21,468 bases of DNA from positions 1 through 21,468 of the forward strand of contig JBBIJB010000038.1 in NCBI GenBank assembly GCA_037446215.1. Reading direction: 5' to 3'. This DNA is from Armatimonadota bacterium. Lineage in GTDB: Bacteria; Sysuimicrobiota; Sysuimicrobiia; Sysuimicrobiales; Humicultoraceae. The notes below the pieces were generated by a model. It was not told the origin of the DNA. It made no database searches and worked only from the letters and a program-made list of their open reading frames with translations. Positions within the stretch are counted from its first letter, which is position 1. Each line of letters opens with the position of its first letter. Position numbers and translations under genes: made by a program. Shown here piece after piece: positions 1 through 8,960 of the stretch.

Positions 1-2
1 AG

Positions 3-575
3 ATCCGCGCCCCGGCCAGGCACGGAGAGCGGCTTGTCTGCACGACGCACATCGTCGGCGCCCGGAGAGTCATGGTGCGCAGGCACAGCTCGGTAGCACG
101 CGAGGACGACGGGGCACGGATCGCCGCCGCAGAGGTGGACTGGATCCTGACCGCGGAGGGCACGACGCCAATCCGCATACCCGAGCAGGTGGCATCCACC
201 TTCCCCGGTATGGAGAGGCCTGTCGCCCCGACCCCCCTCGCGCAGCGCCGCCCTCCAACGGATGCCCCCCACACATCCCTGTGGATCAGGATGAGCGACA
301 CCGACGCGATGGGCCACGCCAACAACCCGGTCTACGTAGACCTCCTCGACGATGCGGTGGCCCGAGCCGGGGGCGGTGACGCCCTGGCGGCCTACCCCAG
401 AACCTACGGCCTGGAGTTCCACGCGGCCGCAGCCGCCGGCGCAGCGGTCCGGGAAGCCGCGTGGAGCGAGGCGGGCCTCTGGCACTACCGCCTGGAGAGG
501 CAGGACGGCGGGTTGATAGCACATGCGGTCCTGGATGCCTCGGCGGGATCGAAGGGGGCCGGTCCCTCCGGATAG
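3..575 (+). CDS. Acyl-ACP/acyl-CoA thioesterase (double hotdog type), 5'-truncated by window edge
   Basis: Frame is open from base 3 (IRAPARHGERLVCTTHIVG...) through the ATG at 72. It contains RMSDTDAMGHANNPVY, matching the hotdog thioesterase D-x-D-x-x-G-H-x-N-N-x-x-Y motif. Confidence 0.8.
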   Translation: MRAPARHGERLVCTTHIVGARRVMVRRHSSVAREDDGARIAAAEVDWILTAEGTTPIRIPEQVASTFPGMERPVAPTPLAQRRPPTDAPHTSLWIRMSDTDAMGHANNPVYVDLLDDAVARAGGGDALAAYPRTYGLEFHAAAAAGAAVREAAWSEAGLWHYRLERQDGGLIAHAVLDASAGSKGAGPSG

Positions 576-594
576 ACCCCATGGGGAGCGCGGG

Positions 595-771
595 CGTCTC
601 CTCATCTGGCGCTCCTGGTACAGGCTGCCCTGAGCCCCCTGGGTGATCACCTCGGACCACGGCATGATCGCGGGAGAGCGGCTGATCGACCTCGGCGACG
701 CCTACAGGTACCTTCTATCGACCGACTTGACGTGTCACCAAGCGACCGGGCGGCGGGCAGGTAGCAGGTAG
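595..771 (+). pseudogene. Possible remnant of an alkaline phosphatase/phosphodiesterase-superfamily gene
   Basis: Frame +1 reads GRLLIWRSWYRLP*APWVITSDHGMIAGERLIDL...*. VITSDHGM (643-666) matches the superfamily TSDHG motif. In-frame TGA at 631-633; no full-length ORF. Confidence 0.3.
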
Positions 772-775
772 AGGT

Positions 776-1132
776 CTAGCGCCTGAGGTAGGAGTCCGAC
801 CCTGTCAGCCAGTCCTGCCTGGGTGGGCTGAAGAGATCCAGCGTCGCGACGTCCTCCAACATCTCCGCGCCGTGTGGGACGCCGCCTGGGATCAACAGCA
901 GCTCGCCTGCGCGCAGCACTACCTCGCGGTCGGGGAACGTGAGGCGCATCGACCCCGAGAGGCAGTAGCTGAGTTGCTCGCTGTCGTGTTGATGCGTGGG
1001 TACCACGGTGCCGGCCCTCAGCTCTATCAGGCCGACCATGAGGTGTTCTCCCCACATCATCCTGCGCGTGACGTTCGGGCTCAGTGCCTCGGGCTCGAGT
1101 GCCGAGAGGGCCGCGTGCTGGATCTCCTTCAT
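776..1132 (-). CDS. Cupin-domain protein (cupin_2/KdgF-like)
   Basis: 118 aa with PTHQHDSEQ...G and IPGGVPHG cupin metal motifs and a DLFSPPR tail. GGAGGTG RBS just upstream of the ATG. Confidence 0.88.
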   Translation of the reverse strand: MKEIQHAALSALEPEALSPNVTRRMMWGEHLMVGLIELRAGTVVPTHQHDSEQLSYCLSGSMRLTFPDREVVLRAGELLLIPGGVPHGAEMLEDVATLDLFSPPRQDWLTGSDSYLRR

Positions 1133-1227
1133 CTGTCACCTCCGGGCGTACTAGGGAGAGGGATAGCGCCTGAGGTCCGAGAGAAGGCTCTGGGCCGGCT
1201 GATCCGACCGGTGGGTGGTGCTGGGAG

Positions 1228-1304
1228 TGGTGGGCCCTGGTGGACTCGAACCACCGACCTCGCCCTTATCAGGGGCGCGCTCTCACCACCTGAGCTAAGG
1301 GCCC
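1228..1304 (-). tRNA. tRNA-Ile (anticodon GAT), CCA encoded
   Basis: Minus strand reads GGGCCCTTAGCTCAGGTGGTGAGAGCGCGCCCCTGATAAGGGCGAGGTCGGTGGTTCGAGTCCACCAGGGCCCACCA. Acceptor stem GGGCCCT/AGGGCCC, anticodon arm CGCCC-CTGATAA-GGGCG, T arm GGTGG-TTCGAGT-CCACC. Confidence 0.98.
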
Positions 1305-1328
1305 TTTCGCAGACGTGAGGCAAGCTAG

Positions 1329-1357
1329 AGTATACCGGTACCGCCTCGGCCAGGCAA
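1329..1357 (-). promoter_or_regulatory. Putative sigma70/sigmaA promoter for tRNA-Ile
   Basis: TTGCCT (1357-1352), 17 nt spacer, TATACT (1334-1329), 24 nt upstream of the tRNA 5' end. Confidence 0.7.
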
Positions 1358-1367
1358 CATGGCGCTA

Positions 1368-2558
1368 TCAGCCCTGTTGACCCGCCTCCCCTCGGAACTC
1401 GCGCCGCGCGGCCTCGAGCAGAGCGTCCTCCATCAGCAGGTCAACGGCGGTCAGGGCCATTGCCTTGGAGGCCGCGATCATCGCCTCCAGCCCTCGCTGG
1501 GAGATGGACGCCTCCCTGAACTCCACGCTGTGGCCCGGTACCTCCTTCGGCGCGATGGCTATGTAGGGGTGGATTGAGGGAATGGACTGGCTGACATCGC
1601 CCATGTCGGTGGAGCCCATGCGCGGCCGGTCAGGGGGAGAGTCCGGCGCGTATCCCAGCGACTCGAGGTGGCTGCTGAACGCCGCACCCATCGCGCGGTT
1701 CGGCCTTATCGCGTCGTACCCCTTGCGGACGGTGTACTCCAGGGTGGCGCCCGTCGCCGCGGCCGCTCCCTGGGCGCAGCCGACTACCTTGTTCAGTGCG
1801 ATCTGGGCGTAGTCGTTGTCTATCGCCCGGACGGCGAAGCTGGCCTCGGTGCGGTCCGGAATTATGTTGGGGGCCGCGCCGCCGTAGGTGATTATTCCGT
1901 GGACGCGGGCGTCGTCGCGAAGCTGCTGGCGGAGCAGTCCTATCGCCACGAACGTCTGGATCATCGCGTCCAGCGCGTTGACTCCCTCGTCCGGGATGGA
2001 GGCCGCGTGGGCCGCCTTGCCGGTGAACTTGATCAGGAGGCGGTACGAAGCAAGCGAGGGCCGCCCGGACAGGGTGTATCCGGCCGGGTGGAACATGATC
2101 GCGGCGTCGGCCCCGCTGAAGGCGCCCTTCTCCAGGAGGATCACCTTGCCGCCCCCGCCCTCCTCCGCCGGGGTCCCGATCACCATTGCGCGTCCCCTCA
2201 ACTGCTTGCGAACGGCCGCGAGTCCCACGCCCGCCCCAACGGCGGAGGCGCCGATGAGGTTGTGGCCGCATGCGTGGCCGAGGACGGGAAGGGCATCGTA
2301 CTCAGCCAGGATCGCGACCCCGGGGCCGGGGGCGGCGCCGGAGACCTCGGCGCGGAACGCGGTCTCGAGCCCGCCGACTCCCCTCTCGACCGCGAAGCCG
2401 TGGCGCTCGAGGGCGGAGCAGAGCCAGGCGGCTGCCTGGTGCTCCTGGAAGGCGATCTCCGGGGCTGCGTGGATCCTCCGCGCCAGTTCTACCAGTTCCT
2501 CTGATGCCGCGTCGATGGCTGAGACTACCTGCGTGTGGATCGCCTGTCGGAGCTCCAT
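1368..2558 (-). CDS. M20D-family amidohydrolase (Acy1L2/AbgB/PM20D2-like)
   Basis: AEYDALP..GHACGHNLIG, GTPAEEGGGGK, FHP, GSTDMGDVS and C-terminal GHS motifs; 396 aa; GGAGG upstream. Confidence 0.92.
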   Translation of the reverse strand: MELRQAIHTQVVSAIDAASEELVELARRIHAAPEIAFQEHQAAAWLCSALERHGFAVERGVGGLETAFRAEVSGAAPGPGVAILAEYDALPVLGHACGHNLIGASAVGAGVGLAAVRKQLRGRAMVIGTPAEEGGGGKVILLEKGAFSGADAAIMFHPAGYTLSGRPSLASYRLLIKFTGKAAHAASIPDEGVNALDAMIQTFVAIGLLRQQLRDDARVHGIITYGGAAPNIIPDRTEASFAVRAIDNDYAQIALNKVVGCAQGAAAATGATLEYTVRKGYDAIRPNRAMGAAFSSHLESLGYAPDSPPDRPRMGSTDMGDVSQSIPSIHPYIAIAPKEVPGHSVEFREASISQRGLEAMIAASKAMALTAVDLLMEDALLEAARREFRGEAGQQG

Positions 2559-2631
2559 CTTGGCATTGTCCCTCCGTGAGTGGGCTTCTCTCGCGCTTCG
2601 CCGGGACCGGCCCGGTGTCCTCTGCGCGGGG

Positions 2632-3849
2632 CTACGAGAGCCTGATGCGGGAGAACCTGCGGCGGCCGACCTTGACGACGGTGCCTTCCCTCACTTCCAC
2701 CACCGCCTCCCGATCGTGATGCCTTACGCCGTCGACAGCAACCCCTCCCTGGCTGATGAGCCTGCGCGCGTCGCTGTTGCTCTCAGCGAGCCCCGTGACG
2801 ACAAGGAGGCGCAACAGGCGGATCGTGCCGCCGGGCGCCTCTTCCTCTGAGAGGAAGGCCTCAGGTATCTCGTCGGGAAGGTCCCTCCCTACGAACAAGC
2901 GCTCAAACGCCTCCTCGGCAGCCGCACCGGCCTCTGCGCCATGCCACATCGCCACTATCTCGCGCGCCAGCCGGCGCTTGGCGTCCCGTGGGTGAACCTT
3001 CCCGGACTCCAGCCCGGCGACGGTCGCCGCCACCTCATCGGCGGGCAGGTCGGTGGCCATCTCGTAGAACGAAGGCATAAGCCCGTCGGGGATCGACATG
3101 ACCTTGCCGAACATCTCGTCCGGCCGATCCGTTATCCCGATCGCGTTCCCCAGCGACTTGCTCATCTTCTCGACGCCGTCGGTGCCGGCGAGCACCTGCG
3201 TCAGCACGACCACCTGTGGCTCCTGTCCTACCTCCCGCTGAAGATCGCGTCCCATCAGGTTGTTGAACTTCTGGTCGGTGGCGCCGAGCTCCACGTCCGC
3301 CTCGATGGCGACGGAGTCGTAGGCCTGGCAGAGCGGGTACAGGAGCTCGTGCAGGTGTACCGGGGTACCCTTGCGCAGCCTGTTGGTGAAGTCGTCACGC
3401 TCCAGGATCCTTGCCACGGTCGCACGAGAGGCCAATCGGATGACGTCCGCGAAGGACATCGAGCCCAGCCACTGGTTGTTGAAGACCACCTTCGTTCGAT
3501 CGGGATCGAGGATCACCCCGTACTGCTCCCTGTAGGTCCTGGCGTTGGCCTCTATGTCCTCCGCGGAGAGCATAGGCCGCGCCTGCTTCTTGCCGCTCGG
3601 GTCGCCGATCATCGCGGTGAAGTCGCCTATCACTATCACGGCCTCGTGCCCCAGGTCCTGGAACTGGCGCAGCTTGCGCAGGACGATGGCGTGGCCGATG
3701 TGCAGGTCCGGTGCGGACGGGTCGAGCCCGAGCTTGACCTTGAGGGGCCGGCCCTGGCGCAGCTTCGCCAGGAGATCCTCCTCGGAGATGATCTCCGCGC
3801 ATCCTCGGCGCAGCCGTTCGAGTTGCTCTTCAGCAGGAAGAGGTGTCAT
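2632..3849 (-). CDS. tyrS: Tyrosine--tRNA ligase
   Basis: [43 protein letters not shown] and a C-terminal S4-like domain ([14 protein letters not shown]...KVGRRRF). AGGAGG RBS overlaps the mutS2 stop. Confidence 0.98.
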   Translation of the reverse strand: MTPLPAEEQLERLRRGCAEIISEEDLLAKLRQGRPLKVKLGLDPSAPDLHIGHAIVLRKLRQFQDLGHEAVIVIGDFTAMIGDPSGKKQARPMLSAEDIEANARTYREQYGVILDPDRTKVVFNNQWLGSMSFADVIRLASRATVARILERDDFTNRLRKGTPVHLHELLYPLCQAYDSVAIEADVELGATDQKFNNLMGRDLQREVGQEPQVVVLTQVLAGTDGVEKMSKSLGNAIGITDRPDEMFGKVMSIPDGLMPSFYEMATDLPADEVAATVAGLESGKVHPRDAKRRLAREIVAMWHGAEAGAAAEEAFERLFVGRDLPDEIPEAFLSEEEAPGGTIRLLRLLVVTGLAESNSDARRLISQGGVAVDGVRHHDREAVVEVREGTVVKVGRRRFSRIRLS

Positions 3850-3858
3850 GGTCGCCTC

Positions 3859-6279
3859 CTAGAGTGCCAGCGTGATCACAGTGGCTCCGGTGTCGCCCTC
3901 GCCCCTCTCCCCGAGGCGAAACTGCCTGACGTGTGGATGGCCCCTGAGGAACTGGTGGAGAGCGCGGCGAAGCGCGCCGGTTCCTTTGCCGTGGATGACC
4001 ACTACCTGAGGCAGCCTCGCGCGCACGGCCTCGTCCAGGTACCTGTCGACCTGCACCAGCGCCTCGTCGACGGTCTGGCCGCGGACGCTTATCGAGACCG
4101 AGACCAGCGGGCGCTCCGGAAGGTCAACGCCGCCCGCATCCTGCGCACGCCCTGCCCGCGCCTGACGCGAAGGGCTCCTGGGCGCGGCCTCCCCTGCCCC
4201 TGGCCTCGCAGGGCCCCCGGTTGGGGGAGGCTCACGCAGCGCGTCGGCAGGGACTCGCGCCCTGAGCCCTCCCACCTCCACCTCCACCTGGCCCCCGGGA
4301 TCCGGGGCTGAGGCGGCCTTCCCCACCAGCCCAAGCGGCACCACGAAGACCTCCTGGCCCGGCTCGATGACCTCGGGGGTGGGGCCCGGCGGTGCAGCGG
4401 GGGGCTCGTCGGCCGGGAGGCTCTCCACGACCTCCCGCAGGCGCTCCCTGGCCTGGCGCACGGCGGCCTCGCTCCTAGCCGCTCGGACTTCGGACATCAG
4501 GGCGTCCAGCCGCCGGCGGGTCTGCTCTACGATAGCCTCGCTGGCGCGCCGGGCATCGGCCAGCAGGTGCCTTCGCTCCCCCCTGAGGCGCTCGGCCTCC
4601 GCGCTCAGCCTCTGTTCTGCCTCTTCCGCCGCGGCGCGGGCCGTGGCAGCCTCCCGCCTGTCACGCTCCGCCACCTGGCGGTCTCGCGTGAGGTCGGCCA
4701 GCACCTGCTCGATCGCCGCCTGCTCCGGGGTGAGGTAGTCCCGCGCGCGCGTGACGATGTCGCCGTCCAGACCGAGGCGCTGGGCGATGAGCAGCGCGTT
4801 GCTGCGCCCTGGAAGCCCTATCCGCAGCCGGAACGTGGGACGCAGCGTCTCGGCGTCGAACTCGACCGAGGCGTTCTCGATCCCGGGCGTTGTCGAGGCC
4901 AGCATCTTCAGCTCGTTGTAGTGCGTGGTGACTATCGTCCGAAGGCCGCGGCCGTGCAGCGCCTCTATGACCGCCCTCGCCAGGGCTACGCCTTCGGTGG
5001 GATCGGTGCCGGCCCCAACCTCGTCGAGAAGGACCAGGGCCTGAGGCCTGGCCCGCCTGAGCACCTGGACGATCGCTCCCATGTGGGAAGAGAAGGTGGA
5101 GAGGCTCTGCTCGATGGACTGCTCGTCCCCGATGTCGGCGTGGATCTGATCGAACACCGCTACGGCACTGCCCTCCGCGGCCGTGATGTGAAGCCCGGAC
5201 TGCGTCATCAGGGTGAGGAGGCCCACGGTCTTGAGCGCGACGGTCTTGCCGCCGGTATTGGGACCCGTTACCACTAGCGTGCTGAACGTCCGGCCGAGCT
5301 CCACGTCGATCGGGACGACCTCGCCCTCGCCCCCGGTGAGCAACAGGAGAGGATGGCGGGCGCCGAGGAGCCGCACCAGGCCGTCGGTGCGCACCTCCGG
5401 CGCCGAGCAGCGGAGGCGCGCCGAGAGAGCCGCCTTCGCGGAGGCGAGGTCCAACTCGCCCAGGACGCGACCGTTGGAGCGAAGCGCCTCCCCGGCATCG
5501 CCGACCATCGCGGAAAGGCTCCTGAGGATACGCAGCACCTCCTCGCGCTCCGCCGAGGCAAGCTCCCTGCGCCTGTTGCCCAGCGGCACCACGGACGAGG
5601 GCTCGACGAACAGCGTGGCGCCGCTCGCGCTCGTGTCATGGACTATGCCGGGGACCTGCGCGCGGTGCTCCGCCTTCACAGGGACGACGAACCGGTCGCT
5701 GCGGACGGTCACCAGCGGCTCCTGCATGTACTTGGCGCTCGCCGACTCCCTGACGAGCACCTCCAGCGCCTCCCGCAGTCGCCGCTCCGCCGCGCGCATC
5801 TCCTCCCTGATTCGCCGGAGATCCTGTGATGCCGTATCCCTGACACGCCCCTGGGCGTCCAGCGACCGCTCGATCGCCGCCTCTATCGGGACGAGAACCG
5901 CCAGCCGCTCGGCGATCTCTGCAAGGCCGGGGGCCCGCTGGCGTCGCTCGCGAAGGAAGGCCTGAACCCTGCGCGCCACGGCCAGGGTCTCGGCAACATC
6001 GAGGAGGTCAGCGGGATCGAGCACGCCGCCGGCCGCCGCGTGAGAGGCGGCGGCCTCCAGGTCGCGCGCGCCCCTCAGCGGGATCTCGGCCTCCGCCGAG
6101 ACCGCCGCGGCCTCGCCGGTCAGCGCGACCGCCTCCGCCACGGCGGTCGCATCCAGGGAGGGAAGCAGCGAGAGGGCCGACGACCTTCCCATTGAGGTGA
6201 CGGTCCCCTCCGCCAGCGCCGAGAGCACCTTTGGGTACTCGAGAACTCTCAGGGTTCGGTCATCCGCGGGAGGCTTCAA
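3859..6279 (-). CDS. mutS2: MutS2 ATPase/endonuclease with C-terminal Smr domain
   Basis: HDTSASGATLFVEP, Walker A TGPNTGGKT, DIGDEQSIEQSLSTFSSHM, LLDEVGAGTDP, TTHY, a coiled coil and Smr IHGKGTG. TTG start overlaps the upstream TGA (TTGA), with a GAGGT RBS. Confidence 0.96.
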   Translation of the reverse strand: MKPPADDRTLRVLEYPKVLSALAEGTVTSMGRSSALSLLPSLDATAVAEAVALTGEAAAVSAEAEIPLRGARDLEAAASHAAAGGVLDPADLLDVAETLAVARRVQAFLRERRQRAPGLAEIAERLAVLVPIEAAIERSLDAQGRVRDTASQDLRRIREEMRAAERRLREALEVLVRESASAKYMQEPLVTVRSDRFVVPVKAEHRAQVPGIVHDTSASGATLFVEPSSVVPLGNRRRELASAEREEVLRILRSLSAMVGDAGEALRSNGRVLGELDLASAKAALSARLRCSAPEVRTDGLVRLLGARHPLLLLTGGEGEVVPIDVELGRTFSTLVVTGPNTGGKTVALKTVGLLTLMTQSGLHITAAEGSAVAVFDQIHADIGDEQSIEQSLSTFSSHMGAIVQVLRRARPQALVLLDEVGAGTDPTEGVALARAVIEALHGRGLRTIVTTHYNELKMLASTTPGIENASVEFDAETLRPTFRLRIGLPGRSNALLIAQRLGLDGDIVTRARDYLTPEQAAIEQVLADLTRDRQVAERDRREAATARAAAEEAEQRLSAEAERLRGERRHLLADARRASEAIVEQTRRRLDALMSEVRAARSEAAVRQARERLREVVESLPADEPPAAPPGPTPEVIEPGQEVFVVPLGLVGKAASAPDPGGQVEVEVGGLRARVPADALREPPPTGGPARPGAGEAAPRSPSRQARAGRAQDAGGVDLPERPLVSVSISVRGQTVDEALVQVDRYLDEAVRARLPQVVVIHGKGTGALRRALHQFLRGHPHVRQFRLGERGEGDTGATVITLAL

Positions 6280-7178
6280 TGACGGCTACCTCGGAGCAGC
6301 GAGAGGATCGCGGGGGCGACGTCGAGCAGCGATCGCACGGAGCCGAAGGTGCCGCTGCCGGGTCCGACGGCCAGCACAGGGACGTGGTTGGATGTGTGCC
6401 CCGTGGTGCGGTCGTCCTCCAGGTTGCCGTGATCGCTGGTTAGGAGCACGGTCAGCGATCGGTCCGCGGCCCCAAGCGCCCCGGCCAGCAGCCCGTCCAC
6501 CATCGAGGCCGCCTGGTCTGGCAGCAGGGCGGTCCTGCCGTGCGCCGCGAGGTCGGATAGGAAGAACTCGAAGACCGTGAGGTCTGCGCCGAGTGCGATC
6601 TCCGCGAGCCGGGCTCCTGACTCGCGGGGTGTGGTCTCGGGCAGGCCGTACCCCCACAGGCGCAGCCTCGAGTTGGTCAGGTCGTGGAAAACCGACAGAC
6701 CCTCTCGCAGATCTTCTATGGAGCGCAGCGCCAGCCCGGCGCTGGCGGCCGCGTAGGTTATAGCCGCCATCCTGAGCCGCCGGCCGGACAGCGCGGTGAA
6801 GTACTCCTGGCTGAAGGCGTTGGCCAGCACCGCGCGGCAGCCCGCGGCACGCACCCTGGCGAAGAGGCTCTGCCTCTCCAGCAACGCCCGGAGCTCGGCG
6901 GTGGGGTAGGCGGTTACGTGACGTCCAACCACTCTCGCGGCGTTGATTCCCGTTAGCAGTGATGTCTGGTTGGTGGCGCTCTGGGGGAGGCCGGCCACTC
7001 CCAGCGTCGCATCGGCGGCCACGAGCGTCACCCCCGGCCGCCTGACCGTGAGGCCGCCTGTCAGCGGGGCGCCCAGCAGAGAGCGGAATGTCGGCATCTC
7101 TGCTCTGACCAGGGGGTTCGACGCGGGGTCGACCTCTCCGAGTCCGACTCCGTCTACGAAGAGAACCAGGAGCGGCAC
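6276..7178 (-). CDS. Alkaline-phosphatase-superfamily metalloenzyme (phosphopentomutase/iPGM-like, uncharacterised)
   Basis: FVDGVG (metal Asp), LPQSATNQT (candidate catalytic Ser), SDLAAH, TSDHGN and GHT..VP motifs. Start placed at GTG 7178; the ORF track start is 7196. Confidence 0.82.
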   Translation of the reverse strand: MPLLVLFVDGVGLGEVDPASNPLVRAEMPTFRSLLGAPLTGGLTVRRPGVTLVAADATLGVAGLPQSATNQTSLLTGINAARVVGRHVTAYPTAELRALLERQSLFARVRAAGCRAVLANAFSQEYFTALSGRRLRMAAITYAAASAGLALRSIEDLREGLSVFHDLTNSRLRLWGYGLPETTPRESGARLAEIALGADLTVFEFFLSDLAAHGRTALLPDQAASMVDGLLAGALGAADRSLTVLLTSDHGNLEDDRTTGHTSNHVPVLAVGPGSGTFGSVRSLLDVAPAILSLLRGSRH

Positions 7179-7184
7179 CCTCTC

Positions 7185-7190
7185 ATTATA
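7185..7190 (-). promoter_or_regulatory. TATAAT -10 element, probable internal (leaderless) promoter
   Basis: Perfect TATAAT in GC-rich DNA in the short gap after the polX stop, 6 nt before GTG 7178. Confidence 0.6.
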
Positions 7191-7209
7191 GGGCACCCAG
7201 GTGCGGGCG

Positions 7210-8949
7210 CTAGCCGCGCCGACGGCGGCCCCTCTCGGAGCGCAGCAACTCGCGGAGCCGCTTCAGGGGGCGGGTGTTCAGGACGTCGGCGGCCTCCAGC
7301 CAGCCGCGCCGGGCGACGCTCACGCCGAAGCCCATGTTGCCAAGCTGCCCGATCGTGTGTGCATCGGTCCCGATGGCGACCAGCACCCCGTGCTCTTTCG
7401 CCAGCCTGGCATGGGAGTCCCGCAGATCCAGACGCTCGGGCGCCGCGTTGATCTCCAGGGCCGTGCCGGTGCGCGCCGCCGCCCTCACAACCTCCTCGAT
7501 CTCCAGTTCGTAGGGATCTCGGGCGCCCAGCAGCCTGCCCGTAGGGTGCCCCAGCACGTGAACCCTCTCGCTCTCGAGGGCCTTGACTATCCTGGCCGTC
7601 ATCTGGCCGCGGTCCATCCTGAATCGCGTGTGGACGGAGGCGATCACCAGATCGAGCTCGGCCAGGAGATCGTCGGGGTAGTCAAGCGACCCGTCGGCCA
7701 GGATGTCGCACTCCGTCCCGATCAGCACCTCGATCCCTCCACGCTCGCCCAGCCCTCGGACGTGGGCTATGTTGTCGCGCAGGTCTCCCTCAGAAACCCC
7801 TCGCGCAATCTTGAGCGACTGCGAGTGGTCGGTGATGCAGATGTAGTCGTAGCCACGGCGCGTCGCCGCCCCTACCATCGCCTCGACGGGCTCGCTGCCA
7901 TCGCTCCAATCGGTGTGGACGTGGAGGTCCCCGCGGATCTCCTCGGCCCGAACCAGGCGGGGCAGCCGACCCTCCTCGGCCGCGGCGAACTCCCCCTGGT
8001 CCTCGCGCATCTCCGGCGGAATCCAGGGCAGGCCGACCGCCGCGTACACCTTCTCCTCGTCGCGGGCCGCGACGCGCCGATCGTCCCTGACCCTCCAGAC
8101 ACCGTACTCGTTCACCTTGAGCCCCAGCCGGACCGCGCGCTCCCTCAGGACTACGTTGTGCTCCTTGCTGCCCGTGAAGTACTGCAGCGCCGCGCCGTAT
8201 GCGGCGGGCTTCACCACACGGAGATCGGCCCTGAGCCCGCCCTGGAGTACCACGCTGGATTTGGTGGGGCCTGTCGCGACGACCTCTTCGACCTGGCCCG
8301 CCCCCGTGAACGCCTCCATCACCTTCCGCGGTGAGCGGCTGGTAGCGAGGATGTCTATGTCTCCGACCGTCTCCTTCCCACGCCGCAGGCTGCCGGCCAG
8401 ATCGGCCCTCTCCACTCCGGGGGTCTCCCGGACCACCCGTAGGAGTTCCTCTGCTATGGGAAGGACCATCCCGAGCAGCTGCCGGCCAGCGCTTCGCCGC
8501 AGCATCGCGATCCCCTTGAGGATGTTCGCCTCGGTCTTCTCCCCCATGCGCGGCAGATCCCTGACCCGCCCGGCCGATGCCGCGGCCTCGAGCTCGTCTA
8601 TGGTGGAGACCCCCAGGTGCTCGTGAAGCAGCAGCGCGGTCTTGGGTCCGACGTCCGGGACCGCCATCAGGTCCGCCAGCCCGGGCGGCAGCGAGGAGGC
8701 GAGCTCCTCGTAGGCCTGCATCGTCCCCGTGGCGATGAACTCCTCTATCTTCTCGGCGGTGGACTTCCCGATGCCCTGGATCTCGGTCAGGGCGCCGCGC
8801 GCGGCAACCCCGGCGACGTCCTCGGTGAGCCCCTCGATGGCGCGCGCGGCACGACGGTAGGCGTTGACCCGGAAGACCGACTCCCCCTTGATCTCAAGGA
8901 GGTCGGCTATCAGTGAGAGCCGCTCCGCGATCGCCCTATTCCGGGGCAC
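7210..8949 (-). CDS. polX: DNA polymerase X with PHP (3'-5' exonuclease) domain
   Basis: FRVNAYRRAA, HhH GIGKS, GSLRRGKETVGDIDIL, FTGSKEHN; PHP motifs DLHVHTDWSDG, TDHS, GHPTGR, EINA, TDAH. Start set at GTG 8949 (579 aa) because the longer ORF overlaps cvpA. Confidence 0.95.
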   Translation of the reverse strand: MPRNRAIAERLSLIADLLEIKGESVFRVNAYRRAARAIEGLTEDVAGVAARGALTEIQGIGKSTAEKIEEFIATGTMQAYEELASSLPPGLADLMAVPDVGPKTALLLHEHLGVSTIDELEAAASAGRVRDLPRMGEKTEANILKGIAMLRRSAGRQLLGMVLPIAEELLRVVRETPGVERADLAGSLRRGKETVGDIDILATSRSPRKVMEAFTGAGQVEEVVATGPTKSSVVLQGGLRADLRVVKPAAYGAALQYFTGSKEHNVVLRERAVRLGLKVNEYGVWRVRDDRRVAARDEEKVYAAVGLPWIPPEMREDQGEFAAAEEGRLPRLVRAEEIRGDLHVHTDWSDGSEPVEAMVGAATRRGYDYICITDHSQSLKIARGVSEGDLRDNIAHVRGLGERGGIEVLIGTECDILADGSLDYPDDLLAELDLVIASVHTRFRMDRGQMTARIVKALESERVHVLGHPTGRLLGARDPYELEIEEVVRAAARTGTALEINAAPERLDLRDSHARLAKEHGVLVAIGTDAHTIGQLGNMGFGVSVARRGWLEAADVLNTRPLKRLRELLRSERGRRRRG

Positions 8950-8960
8950 GGCAGCGCCCG

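Noticed and set aside
631..633. In-frame TGA as selenocysteine
   Set aside because: No plausible start/RBS, no redox motif context, and no convincing SECIS hairpin downstream.
697..708. 12-mer GACGCCTACAGG repeated at 19610-19621
   Set aside because: A 12-bp match is expected by chance in 21 kb, and the flanks do not align.
1..1304. tRNA-Ile as an integration site for a genomic island
   Set aside because: No integrase, no duplicated tRNA 3' end and no obvious compositional shift in the visible sequence.
2525..2566. Out-of-frame ATG (13-codon ORF) between the RBS and the M20 start
   Set aside because: It is spaced only about 4 nt from GGAGG, and nothing else supports a regulatory uORF.
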